Below the pieces are notes generated by a model. It was not told the DNA's origin and ran no database searches. It worked only from the letters and a program-made list of their open reading frames with translations. Of a stretch of DNA of 64,000 nucleotides, positions 1 to 12,587 are shown piece by piece. How positions within the stretch are numbered: position 1 is the first letter of the stretch; every line of letters begins with the position of its first letter. The stretch comes from Oikopleura dioica (lineage: Eukaryota > Animalia > Chordata): contig OU015567.1 in NCBI GenBank assembly GCA_907165135.1, forward strand, positions 14,384,001 through 14,448,000, in the 5' to 3' direction. Both the position numbers and the translations under genes were made by a program.

Positions 1-550
1 GAACATACCAACGGAATGGATCCAAAAACATAGAAATATATTAAATATTTTAATAAAATTTAGTAAAAATAATAATTTAAAACATCCGCGCGTGAGTTTA
101 ACGATGATGAAGACAAAGACGAGCTGAAGTTCTATGAAGAACTTTAATTTATTATTTTATTTTTTTGTTTACTGTAAGATGCACGAAAAACGTATTTAGT
201 CCTTTGTCTTATACCTCATATATACTCGTGTGATTTTGTGGCTTCAGAATAGTTTGGATTCCAACTTGAGCAATCAAGGAAGCGAGATAACTTCGAAGAT
301 TTCTTGTAAATCGCCAGCTGCGCAATGTGATTATCTGTAAATAAATAATTGGGTTATAAAACCAATAATCACTCACTCACCTTTCAATTAAATATTCAAA
401 AGACGTTATTCGCGTAATAAATAGCGTAATGACCAAAGTTTATTTTTGCATAATTTCCGCAATATTTCAAGAACAAGATTGTTGGTTCTCATTTCCATTT
501 TCATGTTCTGGTACTATGAATTGCTTCCAGATTTCTTATCCGTTCGTGTA

Positions 551-693
551 GCGGGGCTATCGGTCGGGCACCCATAAATTACTGTTCGTTTGAACTCCTT
601 TCTCGGTTAGGGGTTAGGGTTAGAACAGGGAGTACAGGGGTCAGGCTTAGGCTTAGGGCCCCTAAGTAAGGGGCTGCCCGACCGATAACGCCG
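551..693. mobile_element. Decayed MITE-like inverted repeat with internal telomere-like repeats
   Basis: tatcggtcgggca (~558-570) is inverted at tgcccgaccgata (~676-688); flanked by TA; interior has ggttaggggttagggttag and ggcttaggcttaggg. Confidence 0.5.
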
Positions 694-712
694 TACAGTA
701 TGGCCCGTACTA

Positions 713-872
713 CAGTCAGGTCTTGCAATTACGCGGTTTTTATTTTCTGGATTTTCGCTAAAAAAACACGTTATTGCAAGCCCTAAAATGCACTAAATAG
801 TGCAAATTGTGTATCGGATTTTCCCAAAAAAAAACGCGCAATTGCAGGTCGCGCAATTGCAAGACCAGACTG
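713..872. mobile_element. Tc1/mariner-type MITE, 160 bp
   Basis: TA|CAGTCAGGTCTTGCAATT ... AATTGCAAGACCAGACTG|TA; near-perfect TIRs with TA target-site duplication (TSD). Confidence 0.8.
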
Positions 873-1302
873 TACCCATCCATCAAATGGGCTTTGCAGA
901 AATTCAAGGGCCAGTAGCATTTGACCTCCGAATGACCCTGCACATGAAAACTTTGCGCAAATATTTTTATTGGCAGTATTTGTTCTGCAGTTGTACTTCG
1001 ACATAATAGCAAAATTCTAGAACTAAGAACACAATCTTGAGCGGATAACAATTCCTTCTTCCGACAACCAGTTCATCATTTACTCCTTCAACTTATCGTA
1101 AAAAATTTTGAGTGCCAAAGATCGAGAACATTATGTAAGTCCACATATTCGGTTTACTGGTTCGTAAAAATTCAAGTCTCCAAATAAATATTCTTTTGAA
1201 TAAAAGATCCGCTAACATTGTAAACTTTTATGGCGTAGGCAGAAGTAATTCCAGTGCTCGAAGATCAGTATTTTTGAGAATTCAATCAGAGGTAAAGAAG
1301 AT

Positions 1303-1671
1303 CAGAGTTGCAAATTTTGCTATATTCTCGCTGAGCTGAGCTGAGTTGAGCTGCCCTTTTTTAGGTTGTTGAGCTGGAGCTGAGCTGGATGAGCTGAACT
1401 TAGCTGTTTTTTACTTTATTTTCAGTATTAGAATTTTGTTAAAATCATTGAACTGAGCTCAGCTGAGTGATACTTGCCTGAGCTGAGCTGAGCTGAGCAG
1501 AACTGATCATATTCGAAAATATTTGAGCTGAGCTGAGCTGAGTGATAATTGTCTGAGCTGAGCTGAGCAGATCAGATCATTTTCGAAAATGACTGCGATG
1601 AGCTGAGCTGAGCGACTGCTCAGCTCACTTAGCCAGCTCAGCTCACTCAGCTCAACAAATTTGCAACTCTG
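1303..1671. mobile_element. hAT-type MITE with (CTGAG)n subterminal arrays
   Basis: TIR CAGAGTTGCAAATT / AATTTGCAACTCTG; flanks aagaagat / aggaagat (8-bp TSD with 1 mismatch); many gctgag/ctcagc repeats in inverted arrangement. Confidence 0.7.
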
Positions 1672-2058
1672 AGGAAGATTATAGAGGGTTTTTTTCATCT
1701 GATTTTTGAGCTTTTCATTAATGAACTATTATTATGGCCCGTAAATTATGATGAACAATAGAGAAAGTTTTTATTTGGAGAATCATAATGTCGGAACATC
1801 AAAAACTAGACAACACGAAAATGTACCATAAAACTCAAATATTTGACCCCCTAGTATTGCGGCACGGAAATTCTCATTCTCTAGCGAGGTCATTCAAACA
1901 ACACGGAAATTTTACGCAAACGAAAAGAGGGCGTCTTCAGGGCCGAGAACTTTCTTCACAGATCAATTGTTTATCAAACAATAAAGCTGAGTTTAGCACC
2001 AGGCGAAGGTAGCGAGAAACAAAAAAAATATAATAAATCGTCTTTGCGACAAGTAAAC

Positions 2059-5000
2059 ATGGGAGCCGGGGAAGAAGGCTCGCTCCTATTTTTTGTTAAT
2101 GGCAAGAAAGTCGAGGATGCCAAAGTCGACCCAGAGGAAACGCTGCTTTATTACTTGAGAAATTCGTTGAACCTATGCGGAACAAAGGTAAACTAATTTT
2201 TGATATTTTTGTACAGCCCAGAAATTTTTTAAAACATCATAAGCTCGGTTGTGGCGAAGGAGGCTGCGGAGCATGCACTGTTATGGTCTCACACTACAAA
2301 GATGGCAAAGTCATTCATCGTGCTGTAAATGCTTGCTTAGCTCCTGTAATGAGCGTCCACTTGTGCGCTGTCACAACGATTGAAGGTAAGATGATCCTGT
2401 TAATCGACTCTCACTCTCTTTAGGAATCGGTTCGACGAAAACCAAGCTCCACAAAGTCCAAAAGGTGCTGGTCGAAAATCATGGAAGCCAGTGTGGCTTT
2501 TGCACGCCCGGAATTGTTATGTCGATGTACACTTTGCTCAGAAACAACCCTGTTCCAACTGAACACATGATCGAACGAGCACTGCAGGGCAACCTTTGCC
2601 GATGCACTGGCTACAGACCTATTTTACAGGGATTCAAAATGTTCACTGCTGAAGGAAATGTCCACGATGAAATCAACAACGACATAGGTTCAGGTGTTTG
2701 TGCTCTTGGAGACGATTGCTGCAAGAATAAGAAGAATGAAGAAACTTCAACCGTTCCAGACGTCGCTCAAAAATCTGCTTACACTCCTGACGATGCTTCT
2801 CAAGAGCCAATTTTCCCACCAGAGCTAAAATCTGCGAATTTCCGAGCACCGTTAATTCTAAGCGGACCGAGAGCTACATGGTTCCGTCCAAACTCTCTCA
2901 TTGACTTCCTGAAGCTCCGAATGGACCATCCAGAATCAAAAGTGATCACTGGCAACACTGAATGTGGCGTGGAGACCAAGTTCGGAGGCAGATTCTATCC
3001 CAAATTGATCTCACCCGTCGCCGTTCCTGAGCTAAACGAGATAACCATCAATGAATCAAGAATAATTGCTGGCGCAAGTGCAACTCTCAACGAAATAGAT
3101 GCCGAGCTCAGAGCCTTTAGAAATGAAAACCCGAGTGCAAAGAACCAAGTTGCCGATGCAATTATTGAAGTAAAAAATGAATACCAACTTGAACTTTAAA
3201 ATGTTTCTTTTCAGATTCTACGATGGTTCGCAGGTGATCAAATTCGAAATGTTTCCGCAATTGGAGGAAACTTGATGACTGCCAGTCCGATCTCCGACTT
3301 GACTCCTATTCTCATGGCTGCAGGAGCGACGGCGAAATTCGCCAAGTTCAACAATTCGGATGTGCCCGAGACAAACTGCGTTCCAATCGATGCATCATTC
3401 TTCACTGGATACAGAAAAACCGTCATGCCAGAGACATCTGCGCTCTTAGAAGTCTCAATCCCGCACAACTCTGAAAACGGATTCTTCAGGGCTTACAAGC
3501 AATCGAAGAGAAAGGAAGACGATATTGCAATTGTAAATGCAGCATTTTTGGTCGATTTCGAGCCTGAAAGTTTGGTTATCAAAACCTTCCGTGCTTCGTA
3601 TGGTGGTGTAGGTCCAACAACAAGACTCGCAAAAAGCGCCGACAAGTTTATCGGAGCAGAATGGAACGAGAAACTTCTGGCAGAAATGAGCGAAGCACTA
3701 GAAAAGGAATTCGATCTGCCCGCTAACTGCCCTGGTGGCTTCGTAGCCTATCGAAAATGCCTGGTTACATCGTTCTTCTTCAAATTCTTCTTGACGGTGC
3801 AGCAAGAACTTTCGAAAAAAGGTCTTTGTGACCCGAACGAGAATTCCGATGTTTCGGACCTCGATCGAGAACCATTCGAAAGTATCCAATGTGCCGACGT
3901 TCAAACTACTGATGCTGTTGGTCAGTCCAAAAAGATCATCTCTGGGGGCAAGCAATGCACTGGCGAAGCTGTCTATCTCGATGATATGCCAAAACTTGAT
4001 GGAGAGCTTTATTTCGGTCCCGTTTTGTCTCAGCGAGCGCATGCAAAGATCAAGAGCGTAGATTTTTCCGCTGCTGAAGCTGTTGAAGGCGTGGCCGGTC
4101 ATGTTTGGTGGAAAGATGTGAAGGGAGATAACAGAATTAACGACGAGGAATATTTCAGACAAGAGGTTGTTACGTCTTGTGGGCAAATTGTCGCGGGTAT
4201 TCTCGCTGTTGATGAAAAGATCGCAAGGCGAGCTGCCAAGCTTGTCAAAATTGAGTATGAAGACATTTCTCCAGTCATTGTCACTATCGAGGATGCGATC
4301 AAACACGAGAGTTATCTGCCCAACGCTCCTCGTCTTCGACATAACCGTGGTGACCCTGACAAGGCTTTTGAAGAAGCAGAGCACAAGATTGAATCAACCG
4401 TGCGAATGGGCGGCCAGGAGCATTTCTACTTCGAGACGCAAGCCAGCTACTGTATTCCGATCGACAACTCCGACGAGTTCCATATTCACTCTAGCTGTCA
4501 AAATGTCGCTGAAGGTCAGCATTCGGCAGCGCATGCTCTTGGCGTACCAATGAATCATATCAAATTCGCCGTAAAACGTCTCGGCGGTGGTTTCGGAGGA
4601 AAAGAAAGTCGATTCCAGATTCTCTCGAGCGCTGTCGCTGTTGCTGCGCAAAAATTCAATCGTCCTGTTCGATGCATGCTGGATCGTGACGAAGACATGA
4701 TGTACTCTGGTGGTCGTCACGCTTTCCTGAGCAATTATAAAGTCGGCTTCGATAGCAGCGGCAAGATTTCTTCGGTCTCAATTATGGGCTATCAAAATGC
4801 TGGATGCTCGACTGATCTTTCCGTTGGTGTCCTTTCCCGCTATATCGACCACAGCATCAACTGCTACCACTTTCCAAACTTCCGAGTCGTTGGTCACTGC
4901 ATGATGACAAACACGCCATCAAACACCGCTTTCCGAGGTTTTGGTGGACCTCAGGGCATGCTCGTCGCCGAGGATATCATCAGCAAAGTCGCTGACTACT

Positions 5001-6458
5001 TGAAAATGCCAGTCGAAGAGGTTCGTCAAATCAACTTCCTCAAGCCTGGCGACCGACTTCCTTTCGGCGAAGACGATAAACAAATCCTCACAGATGAGCA
5101 TATCATCAAAGATCTTTACGAAAAGACCGATTCATCTTGGAACATGGCGAAACGACGCGCGGCAAATGACGAGTTCAACAAAGCCAACAAGTATAAGAAA
5201 CGAGGCGTTGCGCTTGTCCCCACCCAGTTCGGAATTGCTTTCGGGCTGAAATTCTTGAATCAGGGTGGTGCACTCGTACAGATTTATACAGGTCAGTATT
5301 GCCTTTCATCGCAAATGATCATAATTGAATCAAAGATGGAAGCGTGCTTGTCGCCCATGGAGGAGTCGAAATGGGTCAGGGTCTCTACACGAAGATGATC
5401 CAAATCGCTTCCAAGGAACTTGACATTCCAGTCGAGAAGATTCATACTCTTGAGACTTCATCAACAACGGTTCCAAATACCTCACCCACGGCCGCTTCAT
5501 ACTCGTCGGATATCAACGGGTGGGCAGTGAAGAAAGCTTGTGAAGAACTTCGAGAACGACTTTCGGTATTGAAATTTAGATAGTACAGTAACATGCAGTA
5601 GCTAATATTTAGTCGATTCATGAGACCGATCCTTTCATCACATGGGAGGAAAAAATCAAAAAGGCGTACTTCCAGCGAATCAGTTTGTCTGCTACTGCCT
5701 TCTGGAAGGCACCAGATGTCACTTGGGATCCAGTGGCTCGAATCGGTAAACGCTACAATTACTATTGCTACGGTGCTTGCGGAGCTGACGTGGAAGTTGA
5801 CTTGCTTACTGGACATCATACTGTAAGTTATTTGAAAATATGCCTAGTAAACAATCGTAAATTTATCATAAGATCCGAGACGCGGAGATCATGATGGATG
5901 TTGGCAGGTCACTTAATCCCGCTGTTGATATCGGACAAGTTGAAGGCGCTTTTATGCAGGTAAACAAAGGGTCATTTTCCACGAAAACAATCTTTTACCA
6001 GGGAGTTGGTCTCATGACCATCGAAGAAGAATTGTACAGTCCGACGGGTCGACTTCTGACACGAGGTCCTGGTGCTTACAAAATCCCTGGATTCGGCGAT
6101 ATTCCCGCCAAGTTGAAAGTTTCACTCTACGACAAGTTCAGCAATCGCCATGGTCTCTATCATTCAAAGGTTTCTCCGCAGCGTATGTTCGATATTTGAC
6201 AATGATTAAGGGAGTTGGCGAACCACCATTGTTCATGGGCGCGGGTGTCTTCTATGCTCTCCGAGATGCAATCCGACAAGTCAACACTGACAAACTCTTG
6301 GATTGGCACTCGCCCGCTACTGTCGAAAGAATTCGACTCTCCGTCGGCGATGCTTTGTCCACTTCTGTAAGAAATAATGACGAAATTTTCAGTAATTTTA
6401 TTTTTAGGCGAAATCAACAACTCCTGCTACTGATGCCCCGTGGTGCGTTCGACGATAA
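2059..6458 (+). CDS. XDH: Xanthine dehydrogenase, multi-exon
   Basis: [30 protein letters not shown] (2Fe-2S); FFTGYRK (NAD-site Tyr); [23 protein letters not shown] (Moco catalytic Glu/Arg/Glu); spliced C-terminus DAPWCVRR*. Confidence 0.96.
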
Positions 6459-6860
6459 AGTCAAACTACTATTATTTAATTATTCGATCACTGTAAATTT
6501 TCCTGAAAGCTTTTAAGCTAATCTAGCATCTGAATGATTTCAATATTGTGGTCATTTATTGCTGGCTGAAGGCGAAAATGGCTATTTATAACAATTTAAA
6601 GCCTTATTTCTGTCATTTTTGCGAGCAAGCACGATTTAATCGATCATTATTATTATTTATCCCGAGGCGTCCAGAATATGGCCTGATATTTGTGCAAGCT
6701 TTAAGGAAAGAGAAAAGTCTCAACGGCAATTGCAAGCTACTCTTTTTAATTCAGATTGGCAAAAACCAGCAAATTACTTCGTTTCAGATGGGCATTGTGA
6801 ATTTAGGATAATCCAGCGCTCTTATCTGACCCTTACTGTCCTCAGTGTTCCAAATATGTG

Positions 6861-7029
6861 TTTCCCTGTTTCCCTAAAATGGGAAACAATTTCCCTGTTT
6901 GAACAAACTTCTTCGAGAAAATTGGAGAAGAATGATTGTTGTTGTCGAGGAAATTTTATTTTATTATGCTGAGGGAAAAAGGGAAACAGGGAAAAAGGCC
7001 TTCAGCTGAAAAAAGGGAAACAGGGAAAA
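6861..7029. repeat. Inverted-repeat remnant (tttccctgtttccc / gggaaacagggaaa), probable MITE relic
   Basis: Motif at 6861 and a partial copy at 6890; its complement at 6981 and 7015; no clear TSD. Confidence 0.45.
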
Positions 7030-7304
7030 ATTAGTTTTAAAAGTGAGAGGCAAAGACGGATTTTTCTCAAAAGGAATTTTTGTTTGCAAGGCACGTGCAT
7101 GGACTTTGAGCGGAAATTGTGCTTGGGGTAGATGTTGGTTTGTTAGACGCAAGACAGACAAACTAAATATCCTAATATCGACAAAAATCCCGAAGGCCGG
7201 ATTCGGAGCCACTCTATTGATCAGCAGCGAATAATTTTTTAAAACAGAAGATCGATAAAGAGAGAGTAAACGAGCGAAAAGAGAAAAGAAAATTTGGGGA
7301 AAGT

Positions 7305-8442
7305 ATGGGCGCTGGATTTTCCCTCCCGCGTTTGCAGGAGATTGGACCTCAGTTGGCTGCTGGAGCTGGGATCGCAATCAGTTTTGAATTACAGTAAAAA
7401 CCGCTGGTCTGGGACACCCTTATTCCACCCACGTGTCCCAAACTAGAAGTATTTTCACTTTTGCTCTCGTGCGCCACTTTCGCTTTCCGGGTAAAGCGGT
7501 AAGTTTAAAAACAGCCCCGTGGGCGCGTGCCTTTGATCGTTAATTTGCCCGGGTGTCCCAGACCAGAAGGATTTTTAGGTGTCCCAAACCAGCGGTTTTT
7601 ACTGTATTGAGAAAATATGTCATAGGCAGAAATCGACCAGAATCCTTGAAAAAGGGGAAGGAGGACCAGGTAATTCATTTTATCAAAAAGAAGCGCTGTT
7701 GAAAACAATTTAGTTTGATAACATTATGGTGTCGTTTATTCACTCTTCAATTTCGTCACTTCTATCGCTTTACTTTTTCTGGAAAACTCCAGGTATGTTA
7801 GTGCCTTTTGATGGAATTGGAGGGACTCATATCATTTAAGAGGCCCTGAATAACCTCGGAGAGTCCGGCCGATATCAAGAATTCGCTACGCTCTTTACTT
7901 GGTCATATGTCTGGTACGACCTTTTCGACATGCTCAGATCAAATGGCTTCAACCCCTTCAACATGAAAGAAATGATGGTCCACCATTCCATAATGATTGG
8001 TGGCGGGCTCATCGTGATGCTCGACAAGATCTACGGCAACTTCACCATCTACGCGCTCAACATGGAAATCAACTCCATTTTCCTACATGGGCGAGCTCTG
8101 CTTCAAATGTGTAACCAACGTGATACAGCGGCCTTCAGAATTGCTTCAGGATTAAACATTCTGGTAAGACGCGGGCAAACATAAATTCCATCAGAATTTG
8201 TCTTTCAGACCAATGTAACTCACAGATTAGCCGTCAACTACCATATCGATCGCTGGGGTCGGGCAAATGGTTTTGTTTACGGTAAGAAACAAACATAACT
8301 TATGCAACATTCTATCACGTGATTTTTAAAAGGCTACATGATGAACTCAATTATCGCCTTTCTGAACCTGAAACTACTGTACACTTGCGTCCGACGAGAC
8401 TGGATTGACTCACCAAAAGCGATTGAGAAGAAGTCGGAATGA
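7305..8442 (+). CDS. TLC (TRAM/LAG1/CLN8) domain protein, TLCD1/2-like; exon 1 interrupted by a MITE
   Basis: N-terminal TM followed by RPES..FDNIMVSFIHS; MVHH; NMEINSIFLHGRALL; ends KKSE* (KKxx ER-retrieval motif). Confidence 0.8.
7392..7604. mobile_element. Tc1/mariner-type MITE, 213 bp, inside the TLC gene coding sequence
   Basis: TA|CAGTAAAAACCGCTGGTCTGGGACACC ... GGTGTCCCAAACCAGCGGTTTTTACTG|TA. Confidence 0.9.
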
Positions 8443-8917
8443 AATGATAGTATATGATCAAGAAACACTAGAATACTAGAATAAAGTAATTAGACTTTTA
8501 ATGAACCCCCTTTTGTCTGCTAATAAATTGACATCAACGAAGAGAATTGTTAAATAAAGTTTATTATTCAGAATTAGTTAGCCCTAGTTCAAGCTTGTCG
8601 GCGATCTTTAAACATTTCAGTTGGAAAAAAATAGAATACTAGAATACCACCGAGTCAGTCTCAACAAGGAAGGAAGAAAGAAATGTACAGGAATTGGTTC
8701 AATTCAGGTTCAAACAGGGTCACTTACAGAATTGTTGGTTAATTCGCTCACCCGCTTTTGATAGGTCAAAAATCTTTTTTTAGCATTTTAGCATACTGTA
8801 TTTAAATCTCGATTTTTAAATTTTTAACACTTTGAAGTTTTTGCTTTTGAAAAGAAAATAATTAAAAGTGAACTGTAGGGCTGGGTACTGTCATTGTTCG
8901 AGGGGAGGGGATGGTAT

Positions 8918-11880
8918 CTACATGATTTTTCGGAATTGACTACCGTACATGATACTGTTTGGCTCTGCATCCATGGCGAAGGGCGACGACGAGTTTGACG
9001 AGTTGAGCGAACGAGTTGGCATGCCGCTCATACCGCTGAAAGGCGACGCTTTCGGGGGACTTTGCGGGGCCCGCGACGGAATTGCAGGCGGAGACTTCGG
9101 CGAAGTCACGGGATTGTGGCGGTTTGCGAGTTCGTTAAAGGGATCTGCAGGCTCCCAAGCAGGCCCGTCATGCACTGGCTTTGCGTTGTGCACTTCGATA
9201 TTCAACCGCTAAAAAGTGAATCATTAGAAAATTCAAAAATTAACAAAAAAAGTTAGTCTCAAAAAACAACACTTGCAAAAACACTTGTGAAAACAATTTC
9301 AAGAATAGAAAACCTGTCGCTCTAAGCTTTCTTCCTAGAAAATTAAGACGTGCTAGAATGTATCAGCAAATACCTTGATTGCTTCCAATTGATCCGTCCA
9401 GTTTTTGACTTCCTCTGTTTGTGGCTTGTTTGGCTTGGAATATGCCCTCATTGAAACGGACTTCTTGAAAGGGCCGGCTTGGTTCGCGTTTTTCAAGGGA
9501 ATTCGTAAACTTGCTTGGCGCACTAAATCCGCCGACGGAGCTAGAAATTCATGAGGCAAGCAATCAGTTATAAGTCGTACCTGGTCGGGCTCGTATCAAA
9601 TCATTGGAGCCGCTTTGGAGGCTATCCGGGGAGGCGACTGGGGTGTTTGAAAAGCTCGTGCCATTTGATGAATTAACGGGATCGGGAACAGTGTCGATTT
9701 GAATCAGACTTTCTGTAACTTCAGGCTCTTTTTCTTCTGCTTTCGATGGCTAAAATTCACGATTACGTACTGCTTGAAGGTCATCTCATTACCGGAATGT
9801 TCCATCTCTAGTGAAGCCTCCTTGAGGCAGATCCGTTACTTCTACGTCTACTGGCGCTTTTCCTGCTTCTTTGTGAAGCCTGTTTCTGTTGTCCAAACAC
9901 GCTTTGAAGGCTACTCCAAAGACCTTAACTTCCGTTTTAAAATTTTACTCCAACACACAACTTACCTTTGAGAGAGAAGCGCCAGTGATGTTGTTTTTGG
10001 CGGAAAAACAGTAGCACATCCACGTTTGGCTTGTTCCATCTCTGGCTATGTAACTGTAAAAAGGAATCAACAGAAAAAATTCTTCTGAGCGAAGATGAAA
10101 TATTCAAAGGGAGCATGTTCAACTCATGTTGAGCATTATTATTGACAGGTAGTTTTTGAAGTGGAAGTTAGACTTGGTTACTTGACAGATCTCATTTGAA
10201 TAAAAAATGATCATTGTCAATTTCAACCTTGATTTTGGTTGGCAACTGAAGAAGAATCCTCACCAACAAGGGTCGCCTTTGAAAGAGGTCAAATATGGTT
10301 GTCTTTTCCTTTCCTAAAAGCATCCGGGTGCGTGTTGCTGGGCGCACAGAAAGAGATCTTGTCGACTGCCTGGTCGAAGAGAAGCGTCTGATCCTTGGCC
10401 GAGACGACGCGAATGACTTCGGGAGAGACTTGGATGATCACGCGTGGCTTTTTCTTCGCTCGGATGGCTTTGTAATAAGTCAGCGCTTCGTCGGTGTAGG
10501 TTATTCCGCTTTTGCCGCCAACTTCTTTCTTCCCCAAAAACTACAAAAATCAATACTTGTTACGGTCTGGAAACCTTACCTTGCACTTGTAATTGGCCAT
10601 TCCAGATTTGACGTTGAACTCATTGTTGGCATCGTTGGATTTTATCGTCTGTTTTGGATCGCGAGGAATGTTTTGCTCAACATTTTCATTTTGGTCTGTT
10701 TCGAAGTCTTTCGAAAGCTAAATTATTCAATAACGACAGATTCTCCAGTATTTAGTCGCCAATAATAAAATTACTAAGAGTCGTTTTACGATTTGAAAAA
10801 TCAACTTACGTCTTGCTTTTTCTTCCGTCTGAAGGAATTTCTTATTGTCCTGACGAAATTGTTTTGCGTGGCAGCTGGCATAGCCGATGAGATTGTCCTG
10901 TTCTTGGCTCTCGAAAGACCCTGAATCACGAGGTCAAAAAATGGGAAACGCTCGTCTAAATTACCAATTGGTAATGCATTACCAATTTTGGTAATCCATT
11001 ACCAATTTTGGTAATGCATTACCAAACTTCCCGAAAAGTGCCAATTTTTTAGTCAAAGAGCCCTTGTGCGCTCCGCGCCTGTGTGATAGAATACGTTTGG
11101 GAGTGATTTACTCATTTTTTGGACAAAAATCAGGATTTATGAAAAAATTTGGTAATGGATTACCAATTTTTGGTAATGCATTACCAAAAATCTTTGGTAA
11201 TTTAGACGAGCGTCCCCGCAAAAAATGATAGTGGGGCTGTGGTTGGAGTTGACGGTGTTTCAAGTCAATTATTGACAAAAATTAGGTTTTTGCGAAATTG
11301 GCCATTTTGAGGGGTACCCCCTTAAGAAAAGTCTACTCAAGGCTTTCCCCAAAAAGAAATAAACGCCGAAGAAGATCCTCGAAGAAAACTTAATTATGAC
11401 TTTGAACCGATTAAACTCTGACTGTAAGCTTGGTCGATTGAACTCTGAGGAACGATCCCATTGTTTAATTTTGATTTTGAATTTGAAAACGTTCTCTTTC
11501 TGATTCAGATTCAAAAAAGAAGGAACTGGCGCAATGAGACGCTCACTCGAGGAATTAATCTTTCATATCAATATGCTGCGTATATAAATGCCCAGGGAAA
11601 AGCTCACGGGCGCTAAGTCAAATTCCGGCTTCTTTTTCTAGCACGTGATTTCTCGATCAAATCATGTGAGTTTGATAATATTTCTATTCCGAAAGCTAAC
11701 TCAAACAATCAATTTATATATTGATTATGGTATGGTATTGTCAAATTCATTTTTAATTCTGATAGAAAAAGAAAAACGAAGACTCACATCTTCCTCGCTC
11801 TCCTCGTTGTCTTCAGTAGTATCATTGACATAATCCCTTTTCTCTTTCTTGCGCCTAAAGGACAAGCGAAACTTCTTCAT
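8918..11880 (-). CDS. NUMB: Numb / Numb-like PTB adaptor, multi-exon
   Basis: SFRRKK N-terminus; PTB segments DQAVDKISFCAP, SYIARDGTSQTWMCYCF, GVAFKACL; FTRDGTFR; LVRQASLR..PFKKSVSMR; DPF motif. 3' end approximate. Confidence 0.88.
10948..11213. mobile_element. MITE in a Numb 5' intron with ttaccaa/ttggtaa internal palindromic repeats
   Basis: TIR acgctcgtctaaattacca / tggtaatttagacgagcgt; repeated ggtaatgcattacc. Confidence 0.75.
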
Positions 11881-12195
11881 TTAGCAAAAAAAAAATGGAA
11901 ATAAAAATGAAATTCGGACTATTTTCTTTTTTTGATTCGGCCGCTCGATAAACAGTGAATGAGCTGCGAAAGAACAAAAGCGCGAATTTTAAGAGCGAGT
12001 GGCCAGTTTTACGGCAGACGCCAGAAAGAGAAGAAGAAGAAAGCCCAAACAAATAACAAAAGAACTCGATCAATTTGGACTTGACAATCTTCTCTCCACG
12101 GCCTCGATCACAAGAAACTCATAAACTCAAATGAATGAATCAGAAAGATATTAAACACGAAGAGAATTTTAAATATACGAATCATTTTATAATTA

Positions 12196-12587
12196 CAGTG
12201 AAAACCCAAAAATTAGCCGGTTTTCAGATATGAATTCCCGAAAAAGCGGCCAAATTTTGGGTTTTTGCCGGGTAGCCAAGTTTCTCCTTCAAAAAACAAA
12301 GTTTCGAAATTTTAGAAAATCGGCATGATTTTCATATTTTTGATGAATTTTATTCAAATTTTACCTTGGTTGAAGACATTGTAATTAGAATTCACTCATT
12401 TTGAATGATTAAAACACTTTAAAAAGGCTAAAAATGATCAGAAATAGCATCATTTTGGCCCAATTCTGATATGAATTTTTTTATTTTTGAAAAAGCGGCC
12501 AAATTTTGGGTTTTCCGATTCCAAAAAAGAAAGATTTAGAGAAAAAAGCGGCCAAATTTTGGGTGGGCAATTTTTGGGTTTTCACTG
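12196..12587. mobile_element. Tc1/mariner-type MITE
   Basis: TA|CAGTGAAAACCCAAAAATT ... AATTTTTGGGTTTTCACTG|TA; internal repeat aaaagcggccaaattttggg x3. Confidence 0.85.

Noticed and set aside
240-1300. Minus-strand exon-like or pseudogene fragments around the MITEs
   Set aside because: Multiple stops and no recognisable motif; no model could be built.
1321-1660. CRISPR-like or satellite appearance of gctgag repeats
   Set aside because: Eukaryotic context and no repeat-spacer structure; explained as subterminal repeats of a hAT MITE.
3698-4720. Long minus-strand ORFs (228 aa, 108 aa)
   Set aside because: Antisense shadows of the XDH coding exon.
2059-6458. Possibility that the gene is aldehyde oxidase
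   Set aside because: XDH-diagnostic FGGKE Glu, AFRGF Arg and FFTGYR Tyr are all present.
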